A stretch of 61,428 nucleotides of DNA, filler included, from Sphacelaria rigidula (taxonomy: Eukaryota), in assembly GCA_964200075.2 (NCBI GenBank). It is 6 parts of 6 records of this genome, joined end to end, with 100 filler letters (N's around TTAATTAATTAA, not from the genome) between each part and the next. Parts side by side here need not be neighbours in the genome. Positions count along the whole stretch, not along the records: positions 10,257 to 20,411 come from CAXNAA020007020.1; positions 20,512 to 30,666 come from CAXNAA020007021.1; 4 more parts are not named here. One strand, written 5' to 3'. Of the stretch, positions 11,906 to 24,391 are shown piece after piece; the stretch's first letter is position 1; every line of letters starts with the position of its first letter. The notes below the pieces were generated by a model that was given only the letters and a program-made list of their open reading frames with translations, searched no databases and was not told where the DNA came from. Made by a program: the position numbers and the translations under genes.

Positions 11906-13266
11906 ATGGCTAGGAACGATGGTAACGCTCCGTATTCAGAAGAGAGGTTAGACGGGCTGACGAGTCAAATTGAAAGTATGATGAGTCTGTTCAGTGGCCA
12001 GTTTAGCACACTGACAGAGATGGTAAAAGATGTACAATCTACACAGACTGTAATACAGGGTAGGGTAGATGGCATCGAAGGTCGAGAATCCGGAGGCGCG
12101 AGATGGAGTGGCGTCGTCGAAAGCGAGAAAGATCAAGCAACACAACAACACCGGGCTGACAGCGCAGCCAACCAAAGCTCACCTCAAGGCCGAAGACATA
12201 GCAGAGACGGCGAGCGGAGAGCTCCGAGCGGGAGCGACCACAGAACAGCAAGCGACGGAGCAAGGGGTGCAGACCCCGCAAGTGAGTCCCTCGCAGTGTT
12301 CGGTCACAATCGACAAAGTGTCCAAAATATTTCCGGGGTCCCGGTTTTCAAGGCAGCTGTACCTAAATTCTCTGGAAAGAGTTCAGAGTTTAACCACTAC
12401 AGTCACGAACTAATCATTTTTGCTAGAAGAGAAGCAGTTGATTGGGTGTTCATATGTCAGAAAACAGGGCATACGATGTGGAGGTGGAAAATAAGGCGTT
12501 CTCCTTGAGTTATCTTGAAGCAAGGCACGGAAAGGGAACTCTAGCTGCAAACGTGAGAACGAGGCAAATGTTGGTGGCAAGTCTCGAACATAAGCGGGAC
12601 CGGCATGTTCTGTTCCGAATTCCGTCTCCAGCAGCCGTGTGGCGTGAGTTGAATGATTTCTACAGCCCCAAGACCAACGGAGCTAGATTAGCTCTTCTAG
12701 AAAAGCATGATCACCTTAAGATTGGAGTTCGCGATGATCCTGTTCAAAAACTAATCGAGATGGAAGAGGTGGCGAGAGAGTTACAATCACACGACAGCAA
12801 CATCGTCCTGACGGAGGCGCAAACCCTCCTCAAATTTGTCAATGCGCTTCCTTGCGAGTATAACTACCAAAAACAGGCGTTGGAGGAGCGCGAAGGTCCA
12901 CTCACGAGGGAAGTCGTAGTGACGTCGGTTCGAAAACGTTTCGAATCGGCACTTTTCAAGCAGGAACTCGCCAAGGGGAAGAAGGCTTCCCCGGGCGACA
13001 ACCATTGCTGTCAAGGGCCATCCCGGCAAACCTAACGGTTCACACCGGAAAAGTAAGCCGGGAAAGACCCACAACCCAGGTCGCGTAGGTGACGGGGAGC
13101 AGGGCAAGAACAACCAGTCGCCGGCTTCATCGTTAACGAGCCAGTCAGGGGCTGCAACGCCGTGGAGGTGCCACGTTTGTCAGAAGACGACCACACATCG
13201 GGCGAGAGACTGTCTAGGCAGGCGTTGTGTTAGGTGCGGGAAGAGAGGACACAGTTTGATTGACTG
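11906..13266 (+). pseudogene. Copia gag (frameshifted) with two zinc knuckles
   Basis: ORFs 11906-12508 (PKFSGKSSEF) and 12442-13035 (SPAAVWREL...KFVNALPCEY). CHVCQKTTTHRARDC and CVRCGKRGHSLIDC at ~13168-13266. Confidence 0.88.
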
Positions 13267-13469
13267 TCAGAGCACTGCGGAGGACGCGGCGACTGTGGAG
13301 GACGCGGCGATTGTGATGGGCGTGGCGGAAGACGTGGTGGACGACGACTCCGTCTGCTCGGATGCTGATGCAGAAGCGTTCACCAGCCTCGACATGACGG
13401 TGGACGAGGTCAACCCAGGAGTATGCGTTTGCAACTGGGAAGGGGGAAGTAGAACAGTCAGATGAGGGC

Positions 13470-16400
13470 GAACCGTGGGTACTTGACACGGGGGCCACTT
13501 CGCATTTTTCTCCGGATTTGAGTATGATGGCGGATTATTGAAAATGCAGTGGAAGGGTACTACGGTGCACGGGCGGTGGTACCTACCCGATCGTAGGAAG
13601 AGGTGACCTGGCTCTATCTCTACGATCTGACGGACGCGATATAGTCTTACACTTGGAAAATGTAGACCACGCACCTTGTGTCCGTCACCATCTTTTGTCA
13701 CTGACCAGGATGTCCAACGCGGGTCACACCTACATTGGGTCTAGTGATGGATTCCGGGTTGAGTTGAAATCAAGCAATACCCTGAAGATCCCCGGTCAAC
13801 ACAGAAAGCTATTACTGTACGCCCACCGCATCTTTCCGAATGGTCATGACAAGCATGCGTCAGCATGCGCTGTGATTGCCCCGGGGAAACTTCCCAACTC
13901 CCAAGTTGAAGACATGAATGATTTCCATTGCAAACACGCGCATGTTCACGAGGACCTGCTCCGGAGGACTGCAAAGCAGCTCGGAGTGGAGCTGCGCGGC
14001 GAGTTGAGACCATGCCGAGGATGCTCGGAAGGAAAGGGACTTCGGCAGCCCATCCCAAGATCGACCCATACACGAGCAGTTGAGCCAGCTTCCAGAGTGT
14101 TTGTTGATCTCACAGGCCCAAAACCAGTTAGATCTCGGGGAGGAAAGTCGTACATGATGATAGTACGCGATGATTGCTCGCGGCACACTAGATTGTTTTT
14201 TTCTGCGCACAAAGGACGAGTCCGTACAGTACTTTAGTAAATATATCACGGAAATTCACCCGCGAAAAATCGAGAAGGTCCGCAGGGATGGTGGAGGTCA
14301 ATTTTCGGAGAGGGCGTTCGAGGAGCTATGTGATAGAGAGAAAATAGAACAAGAGGAAACAACTGCTGACTCCCGAGAGCAAATAGAACAAGAGGAAACA
14401 ACTGCTGACTCCCCACAGTTCAACGGCGTAGCAGAGCGTGCATTTGACATCATAGAGTCGGCCGGCCTTGCAGCCAAAATTCAGGCATCGGAGATGTACC
14501 CGAACCAGAACATCCCAACTAGCAAGAACCTGTGGGCGGAACAGGCTACCTGGGCATGCCATGCTTTGAACTGTACTGCGACCTCAGCTAATCCGGGAAA
14601 CGAGACGCCACACGAAATATGGCAAGGAGTACCACCGGAAAACAGCCTTTTTCCTTTTCTAAAGCCAGGATTTTGTAGAGTACAGAGAACAGACAAGCTA
14701 CAACGAAAAGCTCAGAGGTGCTGGTACCTTAGCCCAGCCCCAGGATACCCGCGCGATGCTATGAGAGTGATGACGGAAACAGGACAAACTATTAGGACCA
14801 GGCACGTGACATGGGCGTATGTCCCCCCTACTCCTCTCCCTGCCCCACAGCAAGCGATCCCGATGCCCGACGGAGCGAGGGATGACAAGATCGAGGGAGG
14901 GACGGCCGGCAGCGAGTCCGCGGAACGGCAAACTCCGGCGGCACGTGCTTCACCCCGCAACTCACGGCACGTGTCGTTCTTGCTCCCCAATCCAGAGCTG
15001 GACGCAGAAGCGGCACAACAGACCCCCGCTACTGGCGGGGGAGGTGAGATGATCTCGCCGCTTCCTTGCAAAAGCGGGGGGGCGCGCGGGATTTTACGCA
15101 ACACTGTCCGACATCTCATTGATGACGGGGGATCAGCGCCCCCCACATCGCCGCCGACAGCTATATCGCCGCCGACAGCAACATCACCGCCGCCGATGCC
15201 GACAGAAACACCGCCGCCGACAGCTATATCGCCGCCGACAGCAACATCTCCGCCGCCGACGCCGACAGGAGTAACGCCGCCGCCAACGCCGACAGCAACA
15301 ACACCGACAACCATAGACACCCCCGAGCGTAACGACGGGGGGGTTGGTGGAGCTCCCAAAATCTCAAGGACGGAGCTACGCCGTCTTGCACTCGACGATG
15401 AATTGTCTCCGCCTCCACAAATGGCAGGTCGCACGCGCAGTGCGACGAGAGCGGCAGCCGACCAGAACGAGCTAGCATCGGCGGCAGAGGACAAACTGGA
15501 GAGAATGATGGCGTGGGAAAGAAACGATATTTTCCTTCGCGCGCTGGCGAGGAATTAGGCGAGAGCTCAAGCGGAGACTGTGCTGTATGGAATGGTAGAG
15601 GATAAGTGCGAGATGACGGAGCTGATCACTGCAGCAGCCGGACCAGAGGTGGGAGGCAGCGCGGCCATACTGATCGAAGAGACCTTTGCGGAGCAGGAGT
15701 ATTTTTGTTTTTCAGCCGAAAACGGGACGGAGGAGGAGCCCAGATTTGGTCTGCATTACCCCATCGGTCTGCACGTGAGAGATGTGGAAACTCCCCCCGT
15801 AACAGTAGAAGACATAGTAAAGTCGGAATGCAAGGAAGTATGGTTGAGTGCCATGCGTGCAGAACTGAATGGGCATGAAACCGCAGGTACATTCTCAAAA
15901 GGAGAAATTCTAAAAGGAGAAAACATAATCACAGTCGAATGGGTGTTCACTTGGAAAACCGACGCTAATGGTACTGTAACTAAAGCAAAAGCTAGATTAG
16001 TGGCGCGTGGGTTTGGTCAGAGATTCGCGGTCGATTATTTTGAGACGTTTGCAGCCACCCCAGCCATGACGTCAATAAAATTGGTCATGGCCGTGGCAGT
16101 GCAAAGAGGATGGCCACTATATCTCTTGGAGGTTACCCAGGCTATTGTACGAGCCAAAATGGACACGAACGTGTTCATGAAGCTCCCAGAAGGGTGCGGC
16201 CCCCTGACAGGTAGCACGGTTAGGCTAGAAAAATCTATATATGACGTAAAGCAAGCAGGAAGGCAATGGTCCCTCCTCCTGAACAAGACACTGATGGAGG
16301 ATGTAAAAATGTCGCAAAGTAAGGCTGACCCGTGTGTGTACAGACTGGAGAAAAGGGGAGAAGTGTGTGTCATACTTATGGTGCATGTGGACGACATTCT

Positions 16401-17340
16401 AATTGGGGGAGAAACGAAAAGAGTGGAGAGGGTATGTAATATCCTAAACAACAGATTCCCGACGAACAATTTAGGTGAAAATCAGTGGTATATGGGGTGT
16501 GCCATAGAGAGAAATTGGAAAAGCGGTACCATGTTCGTGAATCAGACGACCTTTGTCGACACCATGCTAAAGCGCTTCGAGGTTACGGAATTTTCTGATA
16601 TTCCCGCATCAGTGTCTGCAGATTTGGGACCGGTGAGGCAAGGAGATAATGTTTTAGATTGGCCATACCGGAGTGCCGTGGGAGGTTTGATGTGGTTACC
16701 TGGGGTAACGAGGCCTGACATAGCAAATGCAACCCGAGACCTGGCACGACAATCACACGACTCATGTGAAAGACACTGGCGAGGGGTGTTGAAAGTTCTG
16801 GCGTACCTCAACACAACCAGAAACTACGGTCTGACTTTTAGTTCAGGGGAGAGTAGGCTCACAGTTTATTGTGATGCTGATTACGCCAAGAAAGATACAG
16901 ACCGGCGGTCAGTTTCCGGTGTAGCGGTCATGTACGGGGGAATAGCAGTATCAAGTACTAGTCGAACACAACACTGCGTTACCCTGTCAACCACCGAGGC
17001 CGAGTACGTAGCTATGGCGGAAGGGGCAAAGAAATGCATGTTTGTCAGGTCGGTACTGTCTTTCCTACGACCGAAGGTCGTGTTGGGACGACAAGTAGAG
17101 TACGATATTGTTCTCTATGAAGACAATGAGGGGGCTAAGGCTCTAGCCGACAACCCCCTCAGCTCAGGTTGAAGTAAGCACATCGACGTGAGGTGGCATT
17201 TTATTAGGGACTTGGTTAGGACGGGAGCAGTGAGGATTATTCATGTAAATTCGGAGTGGCAACACGCTGATATCCTTACAAAGCCGCTCCCATTCACGTT
17301 GTTCAACAGGCACCGCCGCGCCTTGATGAATACTGGGGAC
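13470..17340 (+). pseudogene. Copia pol: protease, GAG-pre-integrase/integrase, reverse transcriptase, RNase H (frameshifts; stops at 15556 and 17170)
   Basis: WVLDTGATSHF; HCKHAH...CRGCSEGK; VFVDLTGP, RRDGGGQF, PQFNGVAERA; KAKARLVARGFGQ, VHVDDILI; YCDADYA...RRSVSG, STTEAEYVA, SKHIDVRWHFIRD. Confidence 0.95.
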
Positions 17341-17648
17341 AGCGAGTTGACACATATCTTGTTTTGTGTGTGTCTTTCGATTTGTCAGCCCTAGATGTTT
17401 CAGGTCATGGTTTCCGTAATGCATCTGCGCTTACATCGGGTGAAGCCGCTAACGCTACTTTGTGGAGCATGGGTTTGTAGGGCGTTTCCCGTTGTTAAGT
17501 GCAGGTGCCCTGGCTTGGGCGTCTGTAAAAAAGGACTGTTTGTTTTGAGCACAAGCGGTGGAGTTTGTGTGATAGGGGTTTTTGCTCGGAAGGCCAAGTT
17601 TCCTCCTAGATTTTTCGTTTTGGGCTTTGAGTGCTGAGGTATCGGATC

Positions 17649-17656
17649 AGGGGGAG
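17649..17656 (+). other. Polypurine tract of the copia element
   Basis: AGGGGGAG directly 5' of the TGTT start of the 3' LTR. Confidence 0.85.
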
Positions 17657-17912
17657 TGTTCGAGTGATACAGATACCCAGTAATGCTGGATCTACGTAGA
17701 ACCGAGGGTCGGGATGATGTACGAGTACCGACAATCAAGTGTGTGCAAATGTGGTACAGTACGGCTGAGCGCAGCAAAGCAGCCCGCCGCCTTTGATCAT
17801 TCTCATTCATCTACCTCCATCTCATCAGCACTCTCCCAAGTTACAGTAGAACTTGGGTGCTCTTTAATAAAAGATCTGAAACCATTACCCTGTGCCTGAG
17901 CCAAGGAAAACT
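17657..17912 (+). repeat. 3' LTR of the copia element
   Basis: Direct repeat of 11622-11880. Confidence 0.93.
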
Positions 17913-19980
17913 TTCGAGACGGAGCACCGTCCCTCCTCCTACTAGAGACGCCTTCAACATTCCGGTGCTCATCAAGTTTCTTCCATACATTGCGACAAAA
18001 ACCTTTTACATATCTTATCCCCGTCCTGTTTCGCCGTCTGTTGCCACCATCTATCTCATAGCAGAGAGTTTCGGAAGATGTTTTTTCATCGTCGAGTTAG
18101 ATTCCAGAGTGGAAGCTTCGAAACTTCACAGTGGGCCTTGAAAAGTTAATAGCGGAAGCTGATGTAACATGGCTTGACGTATTGTTTATTGTCGCAGTGA
18201 TTGGCCGCAGGTTGCCCCGCCAAGTTTACGATCAACGAGCGTCCAGTTCGAAAGTGCATAGGCCGGCACAACACTGACTGTACCGTACACTGTAGTACCG
18301 TGCGCACCATACACTACGCTTTTTTACTGCACCTGCATTACTTCAATCCACTACGGCGCACTACAGGACATTATAGTGCTGTAGTGCTGTTCACCGTGGA
18401 ATACAGTGCAGTACAGAAAGTGCAGTACAGAACCCTACAACAGCGCATTGCGATGCCGTGAACAATTTTACTGTACAGCGATACCGGACAGTCAGTTGTA
18501 CAAACAGTAGTACAGACAGTACAGTACGCAGCACTTTCAAACAGCAGACCTCGGCGGCATTGTGATGATTTTTTCACATGCCACCCATAACGGTGGTGCA
18601 AGGCGTCATGATCTCTCACGGGATGGGAATACATCCAGGTAAAGTACTGCTTGTGCGCTGTAGACTACGAATCGCTCCCACCGTCTTCTAGGAACTGCAC
18701 CAAACGCAACGTGTACCCGTCGAGCACTTTAATTTTTACGCAATATAACTACGTGAATGTTGATACCATGTCGGCGTCAGGAAGGTCTTCTGACTGCGAT
18801 GCCAAGCGTTTCTACTTCGTCAATGGCCCACTGTGATTTGTATGGCAGTTTTGATGGATGATGAATGTCCCACTTTGCTTGTTCGGGTGTACTGACTTTG
18901 AACTGGATGTGACCATGGCGGTGAAGGTGGGCGGGGTTCTTTGTCATTCCGCTATGAACTCTGAAGAGGATCCACGGTTTTCAGAGTGAAATGGTGCAAA
19001 CGGCACTCTGATTCTGAAACAATCGCCCTCGGAAAACTTCAAAGCGGGAAGTGCACCGTTACCGGCTATTTTTCCTTCCACTCTGACTCCAAGTTTTGAA
19101 ACAAAGTTTTACGAAACTCTCTAATATAGCCGTCATTTTCTTGCTAAAAAATACTGTCTGATGCATCAAACGATTCCATGCCATCTTCGTTTTCGTTCCG
19201 CATTTCCCCCTTCAGCACGTCCAGTTCCTCCTTGTATTGTTCACATTCTGCCACTATACGACTTCTGCTTTATATTGCTGTGCCTCATGGGCGATTAGGC
19301 CTATCTATCTCCTCTTCCTTCCGACGACTGGTATATCTCTTTCTTCTTCCTGGCAGGTCTAGGTCCCCTGCCCGAAATCGCAGTTTCAGATTTTTCCCAG
19401 CGTCCGTTGGGTCATGCGAATATGCTTTAATCCCTATCCCCTCTCTTAACCCCCGTATATCTTCAGGTGTTATCCCTCGCCTTCTTTGCGTCTGACCGCT
19501 CTTTTCCCCCTTATTTCCATCATAGATCCTTTCTACGATAGCCCCCCCCCCAGAACCAGCCCAAACCTGTCGAGGAAAAAATGGTCACATAGCGCCTGGT
19601 GTTTAGGTTCAGGGCGCATGAAGCGCCTCATATGGGCGATATTGGCGAGGACTAACGCAGGCATGAGAATCCCCAGCTGATCTTTGTGCTCGGCCTTTTC
19701 TATTTCGATTTACGCAAAGATTTTCCTCTCCGAACCAGGCACTTCCTCTGGGGGGTCTGTCGTAGGAAGAGTCCATATTTGTTACTTGTACCCCGCGCCT
19801 TCATCTATGGACAGTATTTCGTCTTGGTTTTCCCCTCTCTCCTCCCATACTTTCCGACTTCTCTATACCATCTTGCTCCAGCCTGCTCCTTCGTACTTTT
19901 ATTCCATACGGTCTCATCAACTAAAGCTGGCAATCTCTTTCTCCCCGTGGGTTTTACGCTATATCGACATTGCAATTTTA
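17911..19980 (-). mobile_element. Fragmented 3' end of a non-LTR retrotransposon (LINE ORF2 C-terminus with degenerate CCHC finger), interrupted by insertions
   Basis: Minus strand ~19490-19123 reads GIGIKAYSHDPTDAGKNLKLRFRAGDLDLPGRRKRYTS...SRIVAECEQYKEELDVL...KKMTAIL. It resumes at ~18057-17911 with DRWWQQTAKQDGDKICKRF...RDGAPSRK. Many stops and frameshifts. Confidence 0.75.
18063..19122. mobile_element. Non-autonomous TIR element (PIF/Harbinger-like) inserted in the LINE
   Basis: Termini AGAGAGTTTCG / CGAAACTCTCT sit where the LINE reading breaks and resumes; right flank TAA; superfamily assignment is inferred. Confidence 0.6.
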
Positions 19981-20069
19981 TATGTCTCTGTTTGTTGTAC
20001 GTGGGTTCATTCCTAACTCTGCTCTCGAATCTGTATTAAACAACAAATTGTGCGAATTGAGGTTTAACT

Positions 20070-20411
20070 CCGACATGAGATTCAAGCCTAAAACAGTGCT
20101 TTCCCCACACTACCAGCGATGGTGCCCAATGACGTTTTTGTCGGCCGAATGCCCCTCGATCGCGTAGCGCGTACTTTTTCAGCGCAATTCACCGACTCTG
20201 TGAACTTACAGCGCTGATCGAAACTGTCATTCCCCCCCCCCTTTTTGAGGGGGGTAATATCAGGGAAAATGACGGTTTCCGTCAGCGCTGTAAGCTCACA
20301 GAGTCCGCAAATTGCGCTGAAGGAGTATCTACCCGATCGAGGGGCATTAGGCCAACAAAACCGTCATTGGGCACCATCGCTGAAAGTGTGGGGGAAGTAC
20401 TGTTTTAGGCT
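20070..20411. mobile_element. Fold-back MITE, cut by the contig end; same family as 59212-59627
   Basis: ~150-bp inverted arms around the centre TTTTTGAGGGGGGTAATATCAGGGAAA. Confidence 0.85.
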
Positions 20412-21630
20412 NNNNNNNNNNNNNNNNNNNNNNNNNNNNNNNNNNNNNNNNNNNNTTAATTAATTAANNNNNNNNNNNNNNNNNNNNNNNNNNNNNNNNN
20501 NNNNNNNNNNNAGGGGGTCAAATGTCCCCAAGGTGAACAAGCCGTGGGTCAAAAATCTGTTTTGCCATAACATCCGGCCGAAGGCCGAATGTTATGGCAA
20601 CAGATCTTTGGCCCCGGATCTTCAAAACTCGTGCGACACTCATGTTATGTGTCAAGATTTATCGAAATTTTGGGTGAAAAAATCCGTGGCCAAGATTCGG
20701 GGCCCGAGTCCCACAGAATTTTGGGCAAACTGGCGGGGGTAGGCAAGCACAGATTTTTGCACACGGATTTTTGCGTTTTGGCCGGCAGACCGTCAGATAG
20801 GGTCACGCTGCGTTTTTCTTGGATGTGCCGGCGTGCTGGCTGCGCCTTTGTGAGTGATCCTGTCGACAACAACCAACTAAACACGAAGTAAACCGTACAC
20901 CGCAGCCGACACGCCATGAAGCCCGCCTGGCGCGTACGAGACAAAAAACGACACGCCTTGCTCGTCGGTCTCCTGGCGAAACCATTGCAGAGACGTTGAG
21001 GGAGTAGGCATGTGATGCGCACTGTCGCTGTCTGGCGGGTAGTTCTGCGATCTTTCGATGAAGGATTCAGCTTTAGCAAGAACAAGGGGGGCATGGTCGC
21101 TTACTTATGTGCTCGGAAGAACCGGCACTGATGTTAGTGGGGTGGTGATGACCTCTCTGCTGCAGTGACGGTACCTTACTACAGCACGCCACAGCACACG
21201 AGACATCTACGGGACTGTGAGCTGTTGAAACACGCTAAACATGAAACTCGAAACCCTGGTGGAGGTAAACAAATCAGAACAGTATGGTATGAAAATCTGT
21301 GTGCTGCTATAATATCGTTCCTGAAACCAAATTTGCCGTGGATTTGTTTCACCAGGATTCCAAAATCTGCGGGCCGAAGATCTGGTGCAATAACATCCGG
21401 CCTTAGCCGAAATGAAAAAAAACTATGGCCATCGGAAAACGGGAAGATGTCCGGGAACCGCCTCAACTAGTAGACCAAGTCATTCCGAGGTGTCAAAATC
21501 CGTGTAGGTCTTTCTTGGGGCGTAAAACGACGTAAAATCTCCAAAGAGGCACTTTTCCAGATTTTTGTTTTTGTCCATTTTAAGGAGCGGACTCAACTCT
21601 TCGAATCACCCACAGATTTCAATTCTTTGT

Positions 21631-21704
21631 GTGGCACCCGGTGGTCAAACTGGTAGAACAACTCTATATTACAGAAGTCACGAGTTCGAATCCCGACACG
21701 ACCA
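21631..21704 (+). mobile_element. tRNA-derived SINE head / tRNA pseudogene
   Basis: A-box-like TGGTCAAACTGGT and B-box GAGTTCGAATCC at tRNA spacing, but no intact cloverleaf. Confidence 0.55.
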
Positions 21705-22199
21705 GTTTTGTTTTGCGCAGAATCTGGCATTGCGCCTTGCATCTGGGGGGTTTATAGCGGGGTTCGAGGTAGTACTTCTCCCTCTCACGGTGGTAAATGA
21801 ACGTCGGCTGGGAGGTTCTTTCCCGTGATGAAGCTACAGCTCTGTTGACAACCTTGGTGCCATCTTGCAGCACTACTCGTACCGGTATGTGCTTTTGCCT
21901 GTTCATGTAGAGTCAACGCGTGCCTGTGCGGCGCAATTACCTACCGTAATTCTACCGCATCTCGTGAAAAGAAACGTCATCAGACACGCCATCACACAAG
22001 GACACGAGACGTTCCCTGTACTCGAAGCAGTACAACATTATCGCCAAAACTTCGCCAATCGAACAGCGGCGGTGCCGTGCATCACCAGGTTGGTCTGCAG
22101 TTCACAGCGATATGCTCGAGTCGAGCTGAATTGGTAAACTTGACAAGTTATGGTTGAAGATGCAACTGCGGGATGCACTGCTGGCCCAGCTCGTAGCTT

Positions 22200-22668
22200 C
22201 GGTAGATTTTGGAATAATTAACAGACCATCCTCATAAAACAGTGCCCAAGTAAGTGTTGGTTGGTGTTATCCGGCGGTACGGGTAGATATCACGTTTATC
22301 AAGCGGGTGCTATTGACCGTGAAATACATGTTTTCGGCTCTATTGCAATGAGTAAGTAGAATTCCAAAAAATAAACCTGTAGATTTCTTCATAAATATTA
22401 TCAGGACAGGCCCGATCCACCAAAAGTATCGACGAGTAAAAATTTGGGCTGAAACGTGGCAGCACCCCCGATGACCGGTCAGTCCGTAAGTCACTCAATA
22501 CTGAGTACAGGTGTTTTTTTTTCTCGGAATGTGAAGCGGGTACAAATATCTCCAGATCCCCACTGTGATGAGCGGTGGCAAGCGAAAAGAGCTAAAAAAA
22601 AAATCGTCGAATGCGAAAAAATCACAAAATGCCAAAAAATGGATCGTTTTGACCGCCCACTACTGTAG
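22200..22668. mobile_element. Partial copy of the ~550-bp TIR element at 36133-36680
   Basis: Colinear similarity (cggtagatttt...cagtgcccaagt...gtcactcaata...ccactactgta). Confidence 0.8.
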
Positions 22669-23487
22669 CACAGACAACATTTGTTAGTTGAGGTGGGATC
22701 AGAGAAAACCGCGAAATATCGATCCCGAACCCAACAAATTCAGCAACCGCGATGACACGCGCGACTCCTAGGTATAGTAACGTACAAACATCGAACAATA
22801 CAGTGTAGTATACAGTCATAGACAGTAAGATGGCATCCGTTGCAGGGGATATGGGGATACTGTATCCATGTTACTGCAGGGTGTTGTACATGAAGGGAGA
22901 TTATTGTAAGAAATGAAACCGAGACTGCTTCGCAAACTTCGGAGTCGTTGAACTCGATATCCTGCCCCAAACACGTGTATGTCGATATACACGCCATGCC
23001 AAGAAATATCGGAAAAGCAGTCAGTGGTACAGCAGTGCCAGGAGCAGTCTCTCACGCATGACTCGTTTGACTTCACTTGAAGAGACACGCGAACTTGATG
23101 CTGACTCGCCGATCCTGACCATTTTGTTTGGCAGCGGAGGAAGCATTGTCGTCAGGCTCAACTGAGTGGATTGTGAATACGAGCGCTTGATCACGGCTGA
23201 ATAAAGGGAGACGATGTGGGGAAAGTCGATCGCTTATTTTCAACAACGACAGAGTTTGCCCGTGACAGGCAAGAGACATCAAGATTTCATCAACATCTGA
23301 TCAACCTACATCCATCTCCCAAATGGTACCTGAGCTGAGGATTGTGTGTGAGTGTGATGCTTTCCGGCTTCGGTTCATGTCGCACCTGATTCAGCAAGGC
23401 AAGAACGCCACGGTCGCATCAAACACGTTTGTTCCACGACGAGTGACGCGCAAGTACAGAGAGCGCCTGAACAGAAACCCGACTCAC

Positions 23488-24391
23488 CCGCTCACTGAAG
23501 TCTGCCACACGCTCCACCAAGTGGTACAGGTACCTCTGCCTCTGCTGTAATTGTTGCTGCGGCGTGGTTTGAGCAGCTAGCAGAAGATTGGCTGCTGGCC
23601 TCCCTCCCCCACCGCCACCGCTGCAGCCGTTGCTCACGAAGCCATCTTTTATTGGGGTTGTGCAGGGTGCCACGCCCAGCAATAGCTTGTGCTGTATACC
23701 CACAAGCCATGTCTCCCACTCGACACCACGATTGCTTTACATGGATGGTGATAGTGAACGGGGAAATAAGGCGGAATGATGGGAAATGAGGTTGTTGCAA
23801 GGCGGTGGTGGTTGGTGGGCTGGAGGCAGGAGGCGGGACCAATTACCGAAAGCGAATTCACGATTTGAGGCAGCACGAGTAGCAACATCAGTGGTACGTA
23901 TATCCCGTCATTCGACCCTGTCGCATACTGTCAACCTCGACGGGAAAACGTACTACGATAGAAATTATAATTATAGTATAACAGAGTCTGTCGTACAGTT
24001 CTTTTCTCAGTTTCAAAACGTGTTTCTCCAATGTTGCGGCGACCAGAACAACCGTACGAGTACCCTTGACTCAATTTCATCGTTTTCCGTCAGCTAACTG
24101 ACTGTTGAGCCATACTGTTGTGAGCCTCCGAAACACTTACATTAACGCGGAGACCCTTTTCCCCCTTGCAGCAGTAGTGGTACTTGCCGCCGTTGTTGAC
24201 CCTGTCGTCGTGCCAGCAATGGTGTCGGTCGATGACGGTGTTACGACCAACATCTCCCCATTCCGCGGTCGAATACTCGCTCTTTTGGTATCCTCGGGTG
24301 GTGGCGGCTGCAGGCCACGTGGGTCGCCAGCCTTTGGCGGCGGCGGTGGCGGCGGGATATCATGTCGGTCGTCGACTTCTGTCATGGCCAT
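23488..24391 (-). CDS. Hypothetical protein, first two exons (24391-24141 and 23734-23488); a further exon probably starts at 23385
   Basis: ATG-initiated Pro/Thr-rich exon ends AT|GTAAGT; phase-2 join to NRGVEWETWLVGIQHKLLLG...YLYHLVERVADFSER|GTGAGT; no recognisable domain. Confidence 0.55.

Larger units (their letters stand above)
11622..17912 (+). mobile_element. Ty1/copia LTR retrotransposon, near full length, inactivated
   Basis: Two ~257-bp LTRs starting TGTT; gag-PR-INT-RT-RH domain order; polypurine tract AGGGGGAG immediately before the 3' LTR. Confidence 0.97.

Noticed and set aside
14712-15494. 260-aa Gly/Val-rich minus-strand ORF
   Set aside because: Antisense shadow of the Pro/Thr repeat in copia pol
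21631-21704. Functional tRNA gene
   Set aside because: A/B boxes are present but the acceptor and anticodon stems do not pair; treated as a SINE head or pseudogene
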